Part shown: one piece after another, positions 22,299-31,627 of the stretch
Layout: each line of letters begins with the position of its first letter
How positions within the stretch are numbered: position 1 is the first letter of the stretch
Assembly: GCA_025999395.1 (NCBI GenBank)
Contig: AP024682.1
Coordinates: forward strand, 69,386 to 133,385
From: Candidatus Parcubacteria bacterium
GTDB lineage: Bacteria > Patescibacteriota > Minisyncoccia > UBA6257 > JAGOQP01
Direction: 5' to 3'
Length of the DNA stretch: 64,000 nucleotides
The notes under the pieces: generated by a model
The model's input: only the letters and a program-made list of their open reading frames with translations
Databases searched by the model: none
Told to the model about the DNA's origin: nothing
Made by a program: the position numbers and the translations under genes

Positions 22299-22904
22299 TT
22301 AATTTAATTTGTTTATTTCTTCTGCTAATTGATCATTTCTAATAGCCATGGCAGGGTCATCTAGAAAAAATCTCACGATCCCTTCTTTATCAATTATAAA
22401 GTAGGTATGCCCCGGAAAAATTCCCGGATGCATTGAGGATTTTAAAGAAAGAACACCGTAAGCCAAAGAGACTTTTCGATCAACATCAAAGAGAATTTTG
22501 GCTTTTTTGTATTGAGGCATTTGAGCTTCAATCTTGCGCCATTGATCGGGGGTATCGACAACAATTGAAAAAGCAACAACCTGTTCGTTATTAAATCTTT
22601 CGTCGGTTCCCAATTTTTCGATCTGATTCCAACAGGCCGGATAACACATTTGCCCCTCATTGAAAAACAAAACCACCTTTTTCCCTCTTAAATCACTAAG
22701 TCTTACTATTTTTCCGTCAATATCCGGCAAGGAAAAATCGGGGGCGGCTTTTCCTAAAAGATCTTCGCCTGAAACATTTTGGAAGGATTCTTTCTTTTCA
22801 GGAGAAAGATTGCTTTTTGAATTATTGGGAAGAAAAGATAAAATGCCCACCCCAACAATAATAACAACTGCTAAATAAATTAAATTGGTTAATTTCTTAC
22901 TCAT
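22299..22904 (-). CDS. TlpA/ResA-like thioredoxin-fold thiol-disulfide oxidoreductase, membrane-anchored
   Basis: 201 aa; N-terminal TM; redoxin fold with CxxC motif (CYPAC). Confidence 0.75.
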   Translation of the reverse strand: MSKKLTNLIYLAVVIIVGVGILSFLPNNSKSNLSPEKKESFQNVSGEDLLGKAAPDFSLPDIDGKIVRLSDLRGKKVVLFFNEGQMCYPACWNQIEKLGTDERFNNEQVVAFSIVVDTPDQWRKIEAQMPQYKKAKILFDVDRKVSLAYGVLSLKSSMHPGIFPGHTYFIIDKEGIVRFFLDDPAMAIRNDQLAEEINKLN

Positions 22905-22926
22905 AATCCCAATTTTTATTCCTTAC

Positions 22927-23877
22927 TTATAATGAACAACCACTCGCTGATTTCCTTTGAGCTGGTGCTCCCAAACTACACCCTGAAGAAGGCTGCAGCA
23001 CCGGCGCCTGAAGAGAGCAGCCGCTGGCATTAGAATTATTAGAAGAAAGGTTAAGGGTAGCTAAGGGTCTGGCCACATTTTGAGCAAATCCTTGAGCGCT
23101 AGAAAACTTAGCCGAGAGAGCTACTCGCGGATCAACTTCTGAAAGTTTTTTCTTTTCAATTAAAAGAAAGTAGTCAGCTAACTGATTGTACTGATCAGGA
23201 AACCAAACAGAATTAAACTTAAGAGCTAAGTTATAAAGCTCATCATCAGAAAGCCCTTGTGCCACTCCCAAGGATAACACTCCCAGCATCGCCATTCCGT
23301 GATTACAATCAGCGAAACGAGCGCTGTTACCACAACAAGGCCGATAGATAGTAGCAGCAATTTCGGCTACTTTCTTTTGTTGATCAAGAGTAAGGTTTAG
23401 GATATTGTGTTTGGAAAAATGATCAGAGGCAGAACCCTTAGCCACAATCCAGCCGCCGACAGAAGCTAAATTTTCTAATTGCCCTCTTTCCTTGAGAGCT
23501 TTCAACTCAACAAGATATTGATTTTCTTGAGCTAATCCCAATCCCCAAAAAAGATTAAGGAAGGTTTGATTATTATCTGGAGTAATAACAATTTCTCCTT
23601 TCTCCACCGAAAGATTTCCAACCAAATTCTGATACTTTTCCAAATCAATTGTTCCTGTCTCAATTAGTTTTTGAGGAAAATCTTGTAAATCAAGGCCGGT
23701 TTTGAAGGTGTAGGTGTTTTCAGAAACTTTTTGTAAAGTATTATTTTCATTACTTATCTTTTGATTAGAACGAGCGGATTCTTTTTGGGTAGAGTAGGAA
23801 CCCAAATAAGCAATCCCCACCATTGCTATTGCCACCAAGACTACCCCTCCTAAAAAAGTTAGTATTTTGTCTTTCAT
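22927..23877 (-). CDS. membrane-anchored Cys-rich hypothetical protein with C-terminal SGCSL repeats
   Basis: 316 aa; N-terminal TM; conserved-looking PCCGNSARFADCNHG cluster; three SGCSL repeats at the C-terminus; first structural gene after csoR. Confidence 0.5.
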   Translation of the reverse strand: MKDKILTFLGGVVLVAIAMVGIAYLGSYSTQKESARSNQKISNENNTLQKVSENTYTFKTGLDLQDFPQKLIETGTIDLEKYQNLVGNLSVEKGEIVITPDNNQTFLNLFWGLGLAQENQYLVELKALKERGQLENLASVGGWIVAKGSASDHFSKHNILNLTLDQQKKVAEIAATIYRPCCGNSARFADCNHGMAMLGVLSLGVAQGLSDDELYNLALKFNSVWFPDQYNQLADYFLLIEKKKLSEVDPRVALSAKFSSAQGFAQNVARPLATLNLSSNNSNASGCSLQAPVLQPSSGCSLGAPAQRKSASGCSL

Positions 23878-23890
23878 TTTTATTAAAAAA

Positions 23891-24163
23891 TTACTTATTA
23901 AACAATTTCACCACCTGGGAGAGTTCTTTGATCATTTTCTCGATTTGATTTTTGTTTTTTAGGTTGCGCGGATTACTAAAACAAGTTTTTAGATGATTTT
24001 CTAACATTACCTGATGAGCCGATTTTAAAAGGCCAATTGCCGCTAAATTCTGCTGCATAATCTCTACACAATAAGCATCGGTTTCAACCATCTTGATAAT
24101 TTTTTCTATTTGACCGCGAGCCTTTTTAAAAGCTACTAAAGCTAATTGTTTTTCTTTTGTCAT
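23891..24163 (-). CDS. csoR: CsoR/RcnR-family metal-sensing repressor, Cu(I)-type Cys-His-Cys fingerprint
   Basis: 90 aa all-helical; C32, H57, C61 spacing (C-x24-H-x3-C) matches Cu(I)-sensing CsoR; first gene of the copper operon. Confidence 0.85.
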   Translation of the reverse strand: MTKEKQLALVAFKKARGQIEKIIKMVETDAYCVEIMQQNLAAIGLLKSAHQVMLENHLKTCFSNPRNLKNKNQIEKMIKELSQVVKLFNK

Positions 24164-24196
24164 TTCGTTTTTTAATTTTTATTTTGATAAACCTCG

Positions 24197-24211
24197 ACCT
24201 ATGGTATAGGT
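24197..24211. promoter_or_regulatory. candidate CsoR operator (6-3-6 inverted repeat ACCTAT-GGT-ATAGGT)
   Basis: Dyad symmetry ~35-50 bp upstream of the csoR start codon, inside the operon promoter region. Confidence 0.4.
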
Positions 24212-24301
24212 ATATGATAAAAAAGAAAAAATAAAAAAGCAAATGGCTTTTGTGAATAACTAAACTGGTTTAAATTTCTACTAGTTTTTTTCTACTAGTT
24301 T

Positions 24302-25498
24302 TTAAGGATTTAAGTATTCAACCTGAACATTATCTATCCACAAAGTTCCTTCTTCTCCATCGTTGCCATAGAGATATAAAGAAACATCGTGATTATTTAG
24401 TTCCCAATCAGAAGTTAAACTAAACTCTTGGGTAATTTTATTCCATTCTTTCTTTTTGGGAACTACTTTGCTAGCAAGAGCTGTATCAAAAACATAAGCA
24501 TTTTGAGAATTAGACCAATGAAGTAAACCGAATTTAGCTAATTTATTTGGGTTATCAGTTTTAGCCATAAATTTTACTCGAACTATTGTTTGAGCTTTCC
24601 AGCCATAAGTAACACCGGGAATCTGCCAAGTTTGATAAATTTCTTGAAGCCGATGAGGATAACCAAACTGAGTGTTTTTATCTATAAATTCAATGCAACC
24701 AGAATTGCCTATTCCACAATTTGGAGAAAAATGACCATGATAGCCAATCGAGGAGTTAGGAACTGAGGAAAGATAACCAGTGGAAAATCCGCGAGTCGGC
24801 TGATAACTGCCATTTAAATTTGTATCCCAGCCGGGATTATAGGAATCGGAAAGATGATTAAGATTAGTATTAACCACTATATTTCCAGAAATATCCCCCT
24901 CGAAACCATCGTCTTTTTCTTCATAAGAATAATCATTTTTGCCTCCATCGGTTGAGGTTTTATCTTTTTCTCCCCCAAGAGTATATTTATCACTTTCGAG
25001 ATTGTTGGCTGAAATATAAAAATTGTTATTGCTATCTACCGAATAAACATAATAACTTTCTGATAAATCGCTATTTATCGGATCAACGGGTAAAGAATTT
25101 CCAATCGAGGAAGATAATTTATCAAAATCAATGGGAATCCAGCCGCTACCATCGGTTTTGAGTAGGTTTTCTTCAGAAACACAGCTATACGACCATCCTA
25201 AGGGAAGCTCGGGAAGCTTTAAATTACTACAAGTAGGAGAAGAATCAGGAAGAGAAACATAAACGGTGTTAGCGGCCCCCATTGATAAATTTCGAGAACT
25301 GTATTTAGCTTTAAGAAGATTAATTTCCAAATTTTTTATATCGGAAATTCTTTTGATGTCTCGAGATTCCTTTAAAATCTCGGCTGGATTTATCATCAAA
25401 ACAGTTCCACCTCCAAGAATTGCTAAAATCCCCATCACTATTAAAAGTTCTATCAAGGTAATAGACCTCTTCTTGCCTTCTTTAATAAAAAAATTCAT
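24302..25498 (-). CDS. type IV pilin-like protein (prepilin-type N-terminal helix) with large C-terminal domain
   Basis: 398 aa; N-terminus KKRSITLIELLIVMGILAILGG resembles a class III signal/methylation motif, although position -1 is not Gly; ~350-aa Ser/Asn/Tyr-rich C-terminal domain. Confidence 0.6.
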   Translation of the reverse strand: MNFFIKEGKKRSITLIELLIVMGILAILGGGTVLMINPAEILKESRDIKRISDIKNLEINLLKAKYSSRNLSMGAANTVYVSLPDSSPTCSNLKLPELPLGWSYSCVSEENLLKTDGSGWIPIDFDKLSSSIGNSLPVDPINSDLSESYYVYSVDSNNNFYISANNLESDKYTLGGEKDKTSTDGGKNDYSYEEKDDGFEGDISGNIVVNTNLNHLSDSYNPGWDTNLNGSYQPTRGFSTGYLSSVPNSSIGYHGHFSPNCGIGNSGCIEFIDKNTQFGYPHRLQEIYQTWQIPGVTYGWKAQTIVRVKFMAKTDNPNKLAKFGLLHWSNSQNAYVFDTALASKVVPKKKEWNKITQEFSLTSDWELNNHDVSLYLYGNDGEEGTLWIDNVQVEYLNP

Positions 25499-25510
25499 AT
25501 ATTAGCTAAG

Positions 25511-26314
25511 TTATACCACAAAGCCGGAGGAATTAGAAGAAATAGTTAATTGAAATAAATCAATGGTGTTTTTTAGAAGAATATTTTTTGTCTTCTCTAA
25601 ATCTAATTTCTTTATTTCGGATAAAGCAATCAAAACCTCATCCACAAAAGAAGGTTCATTTCTTTCCTTGCGATGATTAAGAGGAGAAACAAAAGGGGCA
25701 TCAGTTTCTAATAAAATTTTTTCCAAGGGAATAAATTTAATTATTTCATCAAATTGACGATTGTAAGTAATTAATCCATTAAAGGTAAAGGAAAAACCAA
25801 ACTCCAAAGCTTTTTCAGCTTCTTCTTTTCCACCAGTAAAAAAATGAAAAATTCCAGCATTTTCTAAAAGAAGATTTTTGTGGGCTTTTAAAATTTCAAG
25901 AGTTTCTTTAAACGCTTGCCGGCAATGAATAACTAAAGGCTTTTTTACCTTTCTGGATAATTCTAAGTGTTTCAGAAAAAGTTCTTTTTGAATTTCCAAA
26001 TTATTTCTATCCTCTTCTCTGTAGAAATCCAGACCACACTCTCCAATGCCAACTACCTTTTCATCACTGGCTAATTTTTCTATTTCATCAAATTTATCAA
26101 AATCTTTAACTTCGGTGGGATGAATACCTACCGTTGCCCAAAGACCAAGATAGCGATAAGCTAAATCAATTGATTTTTTTGACGATTCTAAATCGGCGCC
26201 GGCATTAATCATTCCAATTCCTTTGTTCAGAGATCTTTTAATAACTTCGTCTCGATCATCATCATATTGTTCAAATTGAACATGAGTGTGAGCATCAATA
26301 ATTTCGATTTTCAT
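25511..26314 (-). CDS. tatD: TatD-family metal-dependent hydrolase (DNase)
   Basis: 267 aa; N-terminal IDAHTH motif; follows metG as in many bacteria. Confidence 0.9.
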   Translation of the reverse strand: MKIEIIDAHTHVQFEQYDDDRDEVIKRSLNKGIGMINAGADLESSKKSIDLAYRYLGLWATVGIHPTEVKDFDKFDEIEKLASDEKVVGIGECGLDFYREEDRNNLEIQKELFLKHLELSRKVKKPLVIHCRQAFKETLEILKAHKNLLLENAGIFHFFTGGKEEAEKALEFGFSFTFNGLITYNRQFDEIIKFIPLEKILLETDAPFVSPLNHRKERNEPSFVDEVLIALSEIKKLDLEKTKNILLKNTIDLFQLTISSNSSGFVV

Positions 26315-26333
26315 AAACTTAAATTCTAAAAGC

Positions 26334-27797
26334 TTACTTTAAGCGCAAAAAAAGAGGGGGAACTTTTCTTACCTTCAAAAACTTACTTTTTAAGGAAAAA
26401 AGGGAGGTGATTATCTTGGCTGTTTGAGGAAGAAAGGGGGTTAAAAAAACTCCAACCGCGTTAAGAAGAATAAGAAGATTAAAAAGAGTTTTTTCCCTTT
26501 TAGCTAAAGTTTCTGTTTGATCCCAAGGTTTCTGCTGATTAATGTATTGATCTCCCAGAGAGATTAGAGACCAAATTTCTGCCAAAGCATTATTAAACTC
26601 AAATTTTTCCAAACTTTCAGCGATATTTTTTTGAGCAGATTTTATTTTTTGCTCAATAAAAAGTTCTAAAAAGGAAAAATCATTTTTAATTTTCCCAAAG
26701 GAAGCGGCTAAGGTGGTTATTCGAGAAACAAAATTTCCCAAACCCTTGGCTAAATCGGCATTGTATCTTTCTTTAAATCGCAAATCAGAAAAATCTCCAT
26801 CTTCAAAGGGAGAAATTTCTCTAAGAAAATAGTAGCGCACCGCATCAGTGCCGTATTTTTCAACCAATTCTTCAGGATAAATCACATTCCCCAAAGATTT
26901 GGAAATTTTTTGGCCCTCAATGTTTATAAAACCATGAACCAAAAGTTTTTTGGGGAGAGGTAGTTTCGCCGAAAGAAGCATCGCTGGCCAAATAGCCGCA
27001 TGAAATCTTAAGACATCTTTACCTAAAACCTGAACATCGGCCGGCCACCATTTTTCGAACTCCTCTTCATTTCTTCCATAACCAATAGCTGAAAGATAAT
27101 TAGACAAAGCATCAGCCCAAACATAAATCACTTGAGAATCGTCGTCAGGGACAGGAATTCCCCATCTTAATTTACTTTTGGGTCGAGAAAAACTAACATC
27201 CTCTAATCCTTTGTCAATCAAAGCTAAAATTTCGTTGGCTCTTTCAGAAGGAAAAATTTGAAACTCGCCCGATTCGATTTTGGCTCGCAAAGTTTTTCCA
27301 TAAACCGAAAGCCGGAAAAAATAATTCTCTTCTTCTATTAACTCCGGCTCTTTTTGATGAAGAGCGCAACGACCATTAACCAAATCCTTTTCGGTAACAA
27401 AAGCTTCGCAACCAGAACAATAAAGCCCTCGATAAATTTTTTTATAAAGATCGCCTGAATTTTTTAACTCCTGCCAGATCTTAAAAACTCCCGGCCAATG
27501 CCTCTTTTTGTCGGTGGTTCGAATAAAACTATCCCAAGAAAGATTGAGAACTTTTTTTAAATTTCGCGCTAGGCGACTGTTTTCATCAACAAATTTTTTA
27601 GGAGAAAGTCCCAATTGAGCAGCGGTTTGAGCAATTTTTAGGCCGTGCTCATCGCTCCCTGTCAAAAAAAAGACCTCCTTTTGCTGAGCTCGAGCAAATC
27701 GAGCCAAAACATCAGCCTGAATAAATTCTAGGGTGTGGCCAATATGAAGCCGACCGTTCATATAAGGAATGGTGGTGGTAATATAAAACTTTTCCAT
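26334..27797 (-). CDS. metG: methionyl-tRNA synthetase (short form)
   Basis: 487 aa; class I HIGH motif (LHIGHT) and KMSKS-like KISKS; zinc knuckle CSGCEAF. Confidence 0.92.
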   Translation of the reverse strand: MEKFYITTTIPYMNGRLHIGHTLEFIQADVLARFARAQQKEVFFLTGSDEHGLKIAQTAAQLGLSPKKFVDENSRLARNLKKVLNLSWDSFIRTTDKKRHWPGVFKIWQELKNSGDLYKKIYRGLYCSGCEAFVTEKDLVNGRCALHQKEPELIEEENYFFRLSVYGKTLRAKIESGEFQIFPSERANEILALIDKGLEDVSFSRPKSKLRWGIPVPDDDSQVIYVWADALSNYLSAIGYGRNEEEFEKWWPADVQVLGKDVLRFHAAIWPAMLLSAKLPLPKKLLVHGFINIEGQKISKSLGNVIYPEELVEKYGTDAVRYYFLREISPFEDGDFSDLRFKERYNADLAKGLGNFVSRITTLAASFGKIKNDFSFLELFIEQKIKSAQKNIAESLEKFEFNNALAEIWSLISLGDQYINQQKPWDQTETLAKREKTLFNLLILLNAVGVFLTPFLPQTAKIITSLFSLKSKFLKVRKVPPLFLRLK

Positions 27798-27852
27798 ATT
27801 GAGAAAATAAAAATCAAAAAGAAGATTTAATTCTCTTTAAAAAAATTTTTAA

Positions 27853-28860
27853 TCAGCTTGAGCTCTTTCTTTTTCTAATTGACCAATCATCAATAATTTC
27901 TTGCAAAATAATAATTACCGGCACCGCCAAAACGATCCCTATTAGTCCGGCAATTTTAGTTCCAGCCAACATTGCAATCACCACTGCCACCGGATCTACT
28001 CCAATCGCTCGACTCATTACAAAGGGAACTAAGATATGATTTTCCATCTGCTGAATAATGAAGAAAACCAAAACTACTAAAAGAGCAGTGGTTAAAGATT
28101 GAGGAAGAGCCACCAAAAAAGAAATCACTCCTACCGTAATTGGCCCAACATAAGGGATTAACTCCAAAATCGCTGCCAGCAAAGAGAGCACCAGAGCATA
28201 ATCAAGACCAATAATTAAAGAGCCAATAAAAACTAAAAAGCCTATAATAAAACTTAAAATTAACTGCCCGGAAAGCCAACGAGAAAGCTTTTTGCGAGTA
28301 CGAAGAAAAAGATCGACTGCGTAATCCTCTAAATTAACCGGAAAAACTGCTCGGATAAATCTTTCCACCCCATCTCGACTTAAAGTAAGATAAAAAGAAA
28401 GAACTAAAACAATAAAAACAAAAGCAATATTCCCCAAAAGGGAAGAAAACCAGCCAATTCCTTCCTTAATAGAAAAGAAATCAAATAAAAATTGATTAAC
28501 CGATTGATTAATTTGATTGACAAACTCAGAAGAACCCAAAAAATCTAGGAGAGGAAATTTTAAAGAATCAAGGTGAGAAAGAAAATATTTTAATTGGATT
28601 GAGGCAATCGGCAGTAAAGCGTAAAGAATTAATCCCAGCACTCCCGCTCCTAAAAGAAAAATAAATAAAACACTTAAAAGACGAGGAATTTTTTTCCTTT
28701 CCAGATAAGCTACCGGCTCAAAAAGAGCCGAAGAGATGATAATCGCCAAAAACAAAATCACCAAAACTTCCCGCGCCGCAAAAAGAGCTAACGAAAAAAC
28801 CACCATCGCAAATAGGCGCCAAAGAGTTGACCAAGAAACTTCGATCACTTTCTTCTCCAC
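27853..28860 (-). CDS. AI-2E family transporter (PerM/UPF0118)
   Basis: 335 aa; ~8 TM helices; IPYVGP motif. Confidence 0.75.
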   Translation of the reverse strand: MEKKVIEVSWSTLWRLFAMVVFSLALFAAREVLVILFLAIIISSALFEPVAYLERKKIPRLLSVLFIFLLGAGVLGLILYALLPIASIQLKYFLSHLDSLKFPLLDFLGSSEFVNQINQSVNQFLFDFFSIKEGIGWFSSLLGNIAFVFIVLVLSFYLTLSRDGVERFIRAVFPVNLEDYAVDLFLRTRKKLSRWLSGQLILSFIIGFLVFIGSLIIGLDYALVLSLLAAILELIPYVGPITVGVISFLVALPQSLTTALLVVLVFFIIQQMENHILVPFVMSRAIGVDPVAVVIAMLAGTKIAGLIGIVLAVPVIIILQEIIDDWSIRKRKSSS

Positions 28861-28902
28861 AAAAGTAAGTATATCCCAAAAGAAAAAATATTCAAAGAAA
28901 AA

Positions 28903-30189
28903 TTAAAGGGAAAGAATTTTTTTAAAAGATTGACTTTCCTTATAAGGACCGACCACCGCTAAATTAAGACCTTCGTTTTTAAAAACTCGATGAGCAATAT
29001 TTTTAATATCTTCTCTGGTAAGAGATTTTACTCTTCTTACAATTTCTTGAGGTGAAATAATCTTTTTCCTTATAATTTCCTGTTCTCCATAAAAATTAAT
29101 TAAACTTAAAGGAGTTTCAAGAGAAATCAGTAGTCCCCCGATCCAATGATTTTTTATTCTCTTTAATTCTTTTTCGGTTACTCCTTCCTTAAGAACCCTT
29201 CTGGCTTCTTCTAGGATTACTTTTAAAACATCAAAAGTTTTTTTATGATTTACCCCCGCAAAAATTTCAAAATAGCCATGAGTTTTATAAAAAGAAGAGT
29301 GGGCTCCTACATAATAAGCCGCTCCCATTTCTTCTCTAACCTTCTGAAAAAGGCGAGAGCTCATCCCTCCTCCTAAAATCATATCCAGAGCCATTAAGGC
29401 GTAGCGTTGACGCCAAGGATAATCCTGATTAAATGCTTTAAAGGCTAAGATAAAATGAGTTTGATCCAAATCCTTAAAAACAACAGATAAAGCCGGATTT
29501 TTTTGTTTATCTGTTACTTTGAAAGGAGGAATTCTTCTCCCTTTCTTTAATTTAGAAAAGTAGTCAGCTACCAATTTTTTGGCTTTTTGCGGAGTAATGC
29601 GGCCAGCCATCACAACTACTGTTTTAGCTCCACAATAATGAAGATTTCGGAAATTAAGAAAGTCTTGGCGGTTTATTTTTTTTATATTTTCTTTGGTGCC
29701 AGCAACATCCCAGCCAGCTGGCTGATCCCCGTACATTAATCTCTCCAGGGTTTGCGAGGCTTTGGCTTGAGGTTTGTCTTCGTACATATTTATCTCTTCT
29801 ATAATCACCCCCCGTTCCTTTTCGATTTCTTTTTCATCAAAAAGAGGATCCAGATACATATCTGCCATCAAATCAAAAATTTCGTCGGCCTTATTATAAG
29901 AAACATTAGCCCAGTAGCCAGTATAATCTCTGGAGGTAAAAGCGTTATTGATTGCTCCCAAACCTTCAAATTCAGAAGCAATAGCAAAAGGGGTGGGGCG
30001 CTTGTGAGTTCCTTTAAAACACATATGTTCCAAGAAATGAGAGATACCGTTAATCTCCTTTTTTTCGTAAGAAGTTCCCGCTTCAACAAAAATTCCCATC
30101 GCCACCGAAAAACTTTTCTTTTGAGGAATAACTAAAAGCCTTAAGCCGTTTGGAAGAGTTAATCTTTCAAAATTATGTTTTAAAGCCAT
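28903..30189 (-). CDS. M16-family zinc metallopeptidase (insulinase-like)
   Basis: 428 aa; inverted zinc motif HFLEH and downstream Glu. Confidence 0.85.
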   Translation of the reverse strand: MALKHNFERLTLPNGLRLLVIPQKKSFSVAMGIFVEAGTSYEKKEINGISHFLEHMCFKGTHKRPTPFAIASEFEGLGAINNAFTSRDYTGYWANVSYNKADEIFDLMADMYLDPLFDEKEIEKERGVIIEEINMYEDKPQAKASQTLERLMYGDQPAGWDVAGTKENIKKINRQDFLNFRNLHYCGAKTVVVMAGRITPQKAKKLVADYFSKLKKGRRIPPFKVTDKQKNPALSVVFKDLDQTHFILAFKAFNQDYPWRQRYALMALDMILGGGMSSRLFQKVREEMGAAYYVGAHSSFYKTHGYFEIFAGVNHKKTFDVLKVILEEARRVLKEGVTEKELKRIKNHWIGGLLISLETPLSLINFYGEQEIIRKKIISPQEIVRRVKSLTREDIKNIAHRVFKNEGLNLAVVGPYKESQSFKKILSL

Positions 30190-30214
30190 AAATTCTAAAT
30201 TTAATTAATAATCA

Positions 30215-31591
30215 TTATTTTAAAAGCTTTTCTTTTAAATAAGAAGTAGCTTCTGAAATCTTTATTCTTTCTTGTTTAGTGGTGTCTCGATCTCTCACGG
30301 TAACCGTTTCATCTTCTAAGCTTTGAAAATCAATAGTAAAGCAATAAGGAGTCCCAATTTCATCTTGTGAATAATAACGCTTTCCGATATTTCCTCTTTC
30401 ATCCCAAGCAATCATTCCTAAATCCGCCTCCTTTAAAATTGAAAAAAGTTCAGAAGCCTTCTTTACCAAATCCGGTTTATTTGCCAACAAGGGAAAAACC
30501 GCGGCTTTATAAGGAGCTAATTTAGGAGAAAGCTTTAAAACAATTCTTTCTTCTTCCTCCTGATAAGCATCGATAAGGAAAAAAAGCATCGCTCGATCCA
30601 CCCCTCCTGAAGCCTCAATCACCCAAGGAATAAATCTTTGCCCAGTCTCCTGATCAAAATAACTCATATCCTGACCAGAAAACTCTTGATGGCGGCGCAA
30701 ATCCCAGTCTCCTCGATGATGAATACCTTCGCATTCCTTCCAGCCAAAAGGAGAACGATATTCAATATCCCAAGCGGCTTTAGCATAATGAGCTAACTCA
30801 TCAGAAGCATGCTGGCGAAACCTTAAATTTTCCTTCTTAATCCCCAAATCCTGATACCACTTCATTCTTTCCTCCTTCCAAAACTCATAATATTTCATGG
30901 ATTCTTGCTCATCTGGCTTTACATAGTATTGAAGCTCCATTTGCTCAAACTCAATCGATCGATAGGTGAAATTCCCCGGAGTAATTTCGTTGCGAAAAGC
31001 TTTCCCAATTTGAGCTACTCCAAAAGGAATTTTTAAGCGAGAAGAATTCAAAATATTTTTAAAATTAACATGCACTCCTTGAGTAATTTCTCCTCTCAGA
31101 TAAACGGTTGATTTTTCTCCTTCAACTACTCCAACCTTGGCTTCGACTAAAAGATTAAATTTGCGCGGCTGAGTCCATTCAACTTTTTCTTTTAAATCCA
31201 AGTGTTTTTTTTCGTGAGCTTGAATAATTTCTTCTTGATCAGCCCGAAAACGTTGGTGGCAAGTTTTACACTCAACTAAAGGATCGGTAAAGCTGGTGGT
31301 GTGCCCTGAGGCTTCCCAAACTTTGGGATTCATTAAAATAGAAGCACTAATTCCTACCACATCCTGACGCTTTTGAACTATTGCTTTCCACCAAGCTTGC
31401 TTAATATTAAATTTAAGTTCAGAACCCAAAGGGCCGTAATCCCAGGTTCCCTTCAGGCCTCCATAAATTTCGGAACCGGGAAAAATGAATCCTCTTCTCT
31501 TACACAAAGCCACAATTTTTTCCATTATTTCTTCTGATTCTAACTGATTTCCTTTTTCAGATTTTTTGTTTAATTCTTTAGCCATAAGCAA
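30215..31591 (-). CDS. glyQS: glycyl-tRNA synthetase (homodimeric GlyQS type)
   Basis: 458 aa; class II motifs; N-terminal RRGFIFPGSEIYGG is typical of GlyRS. Confidence 0.9.
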   Translation of the reverse strand: MLMAKELNKKSEKGNQLESEEIMEKIVALCKRRGFIFPGSEIYGGLKGTWDYGPLGSELKFNIKQAWWKAIVQKRQDVVGISASILMNPKVWEASGHTTSFTDPLVECKTCHQRFRADQEEIIQAHEKKHLDLKEKVEWTQPRKFNLLVEAKVGVVEGEKSTVYLRGEITQGVHVNFKNILNSSRLKIPFGVAQIGKAFRNEITPGNFTYRSIEFEQMELQYYVKPDEQESMKYYEFWKEERMKWYQDLGIKKENLRFRQHASDELAHYAKAAWDIEYRSPFGWKECEGIHHRGDWDLRRHQEFSGQDMSYFDQETGQRFIPWVIEASGGVDRAMLFFLIDAYQEEEERIVLKLSPKLAPYKAAVFPLLANKPDLVKKASELFSILKEADLGMIAWDERGNIGKRYYSQDEIGTPYCFTIDFQSLEDETVTVRDRDTTKQERIKISEATSYLKEKLLK

Positions 31592-31627
31592 AAACTTATT
31601 TTAAAAAAATTAATTTTAAAAAAATTA

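Noticed and set aside
21996-22878. Small ORFs 21996..22196(+), 22442..22660(-) and 22660..22878(+) within the copper operon genes
   Set aside because: They overlap the CcdA-like and thioredoxin-like CDSs in other frames or strands. They have no motifs and are considered artefacts
29752-30135. ORFs 29752..30135(+) and 29868..30089(-) within the M16 peptidase gene
   Set aside because: They overlap a well-supported CDS in alternative frames and have no independent support
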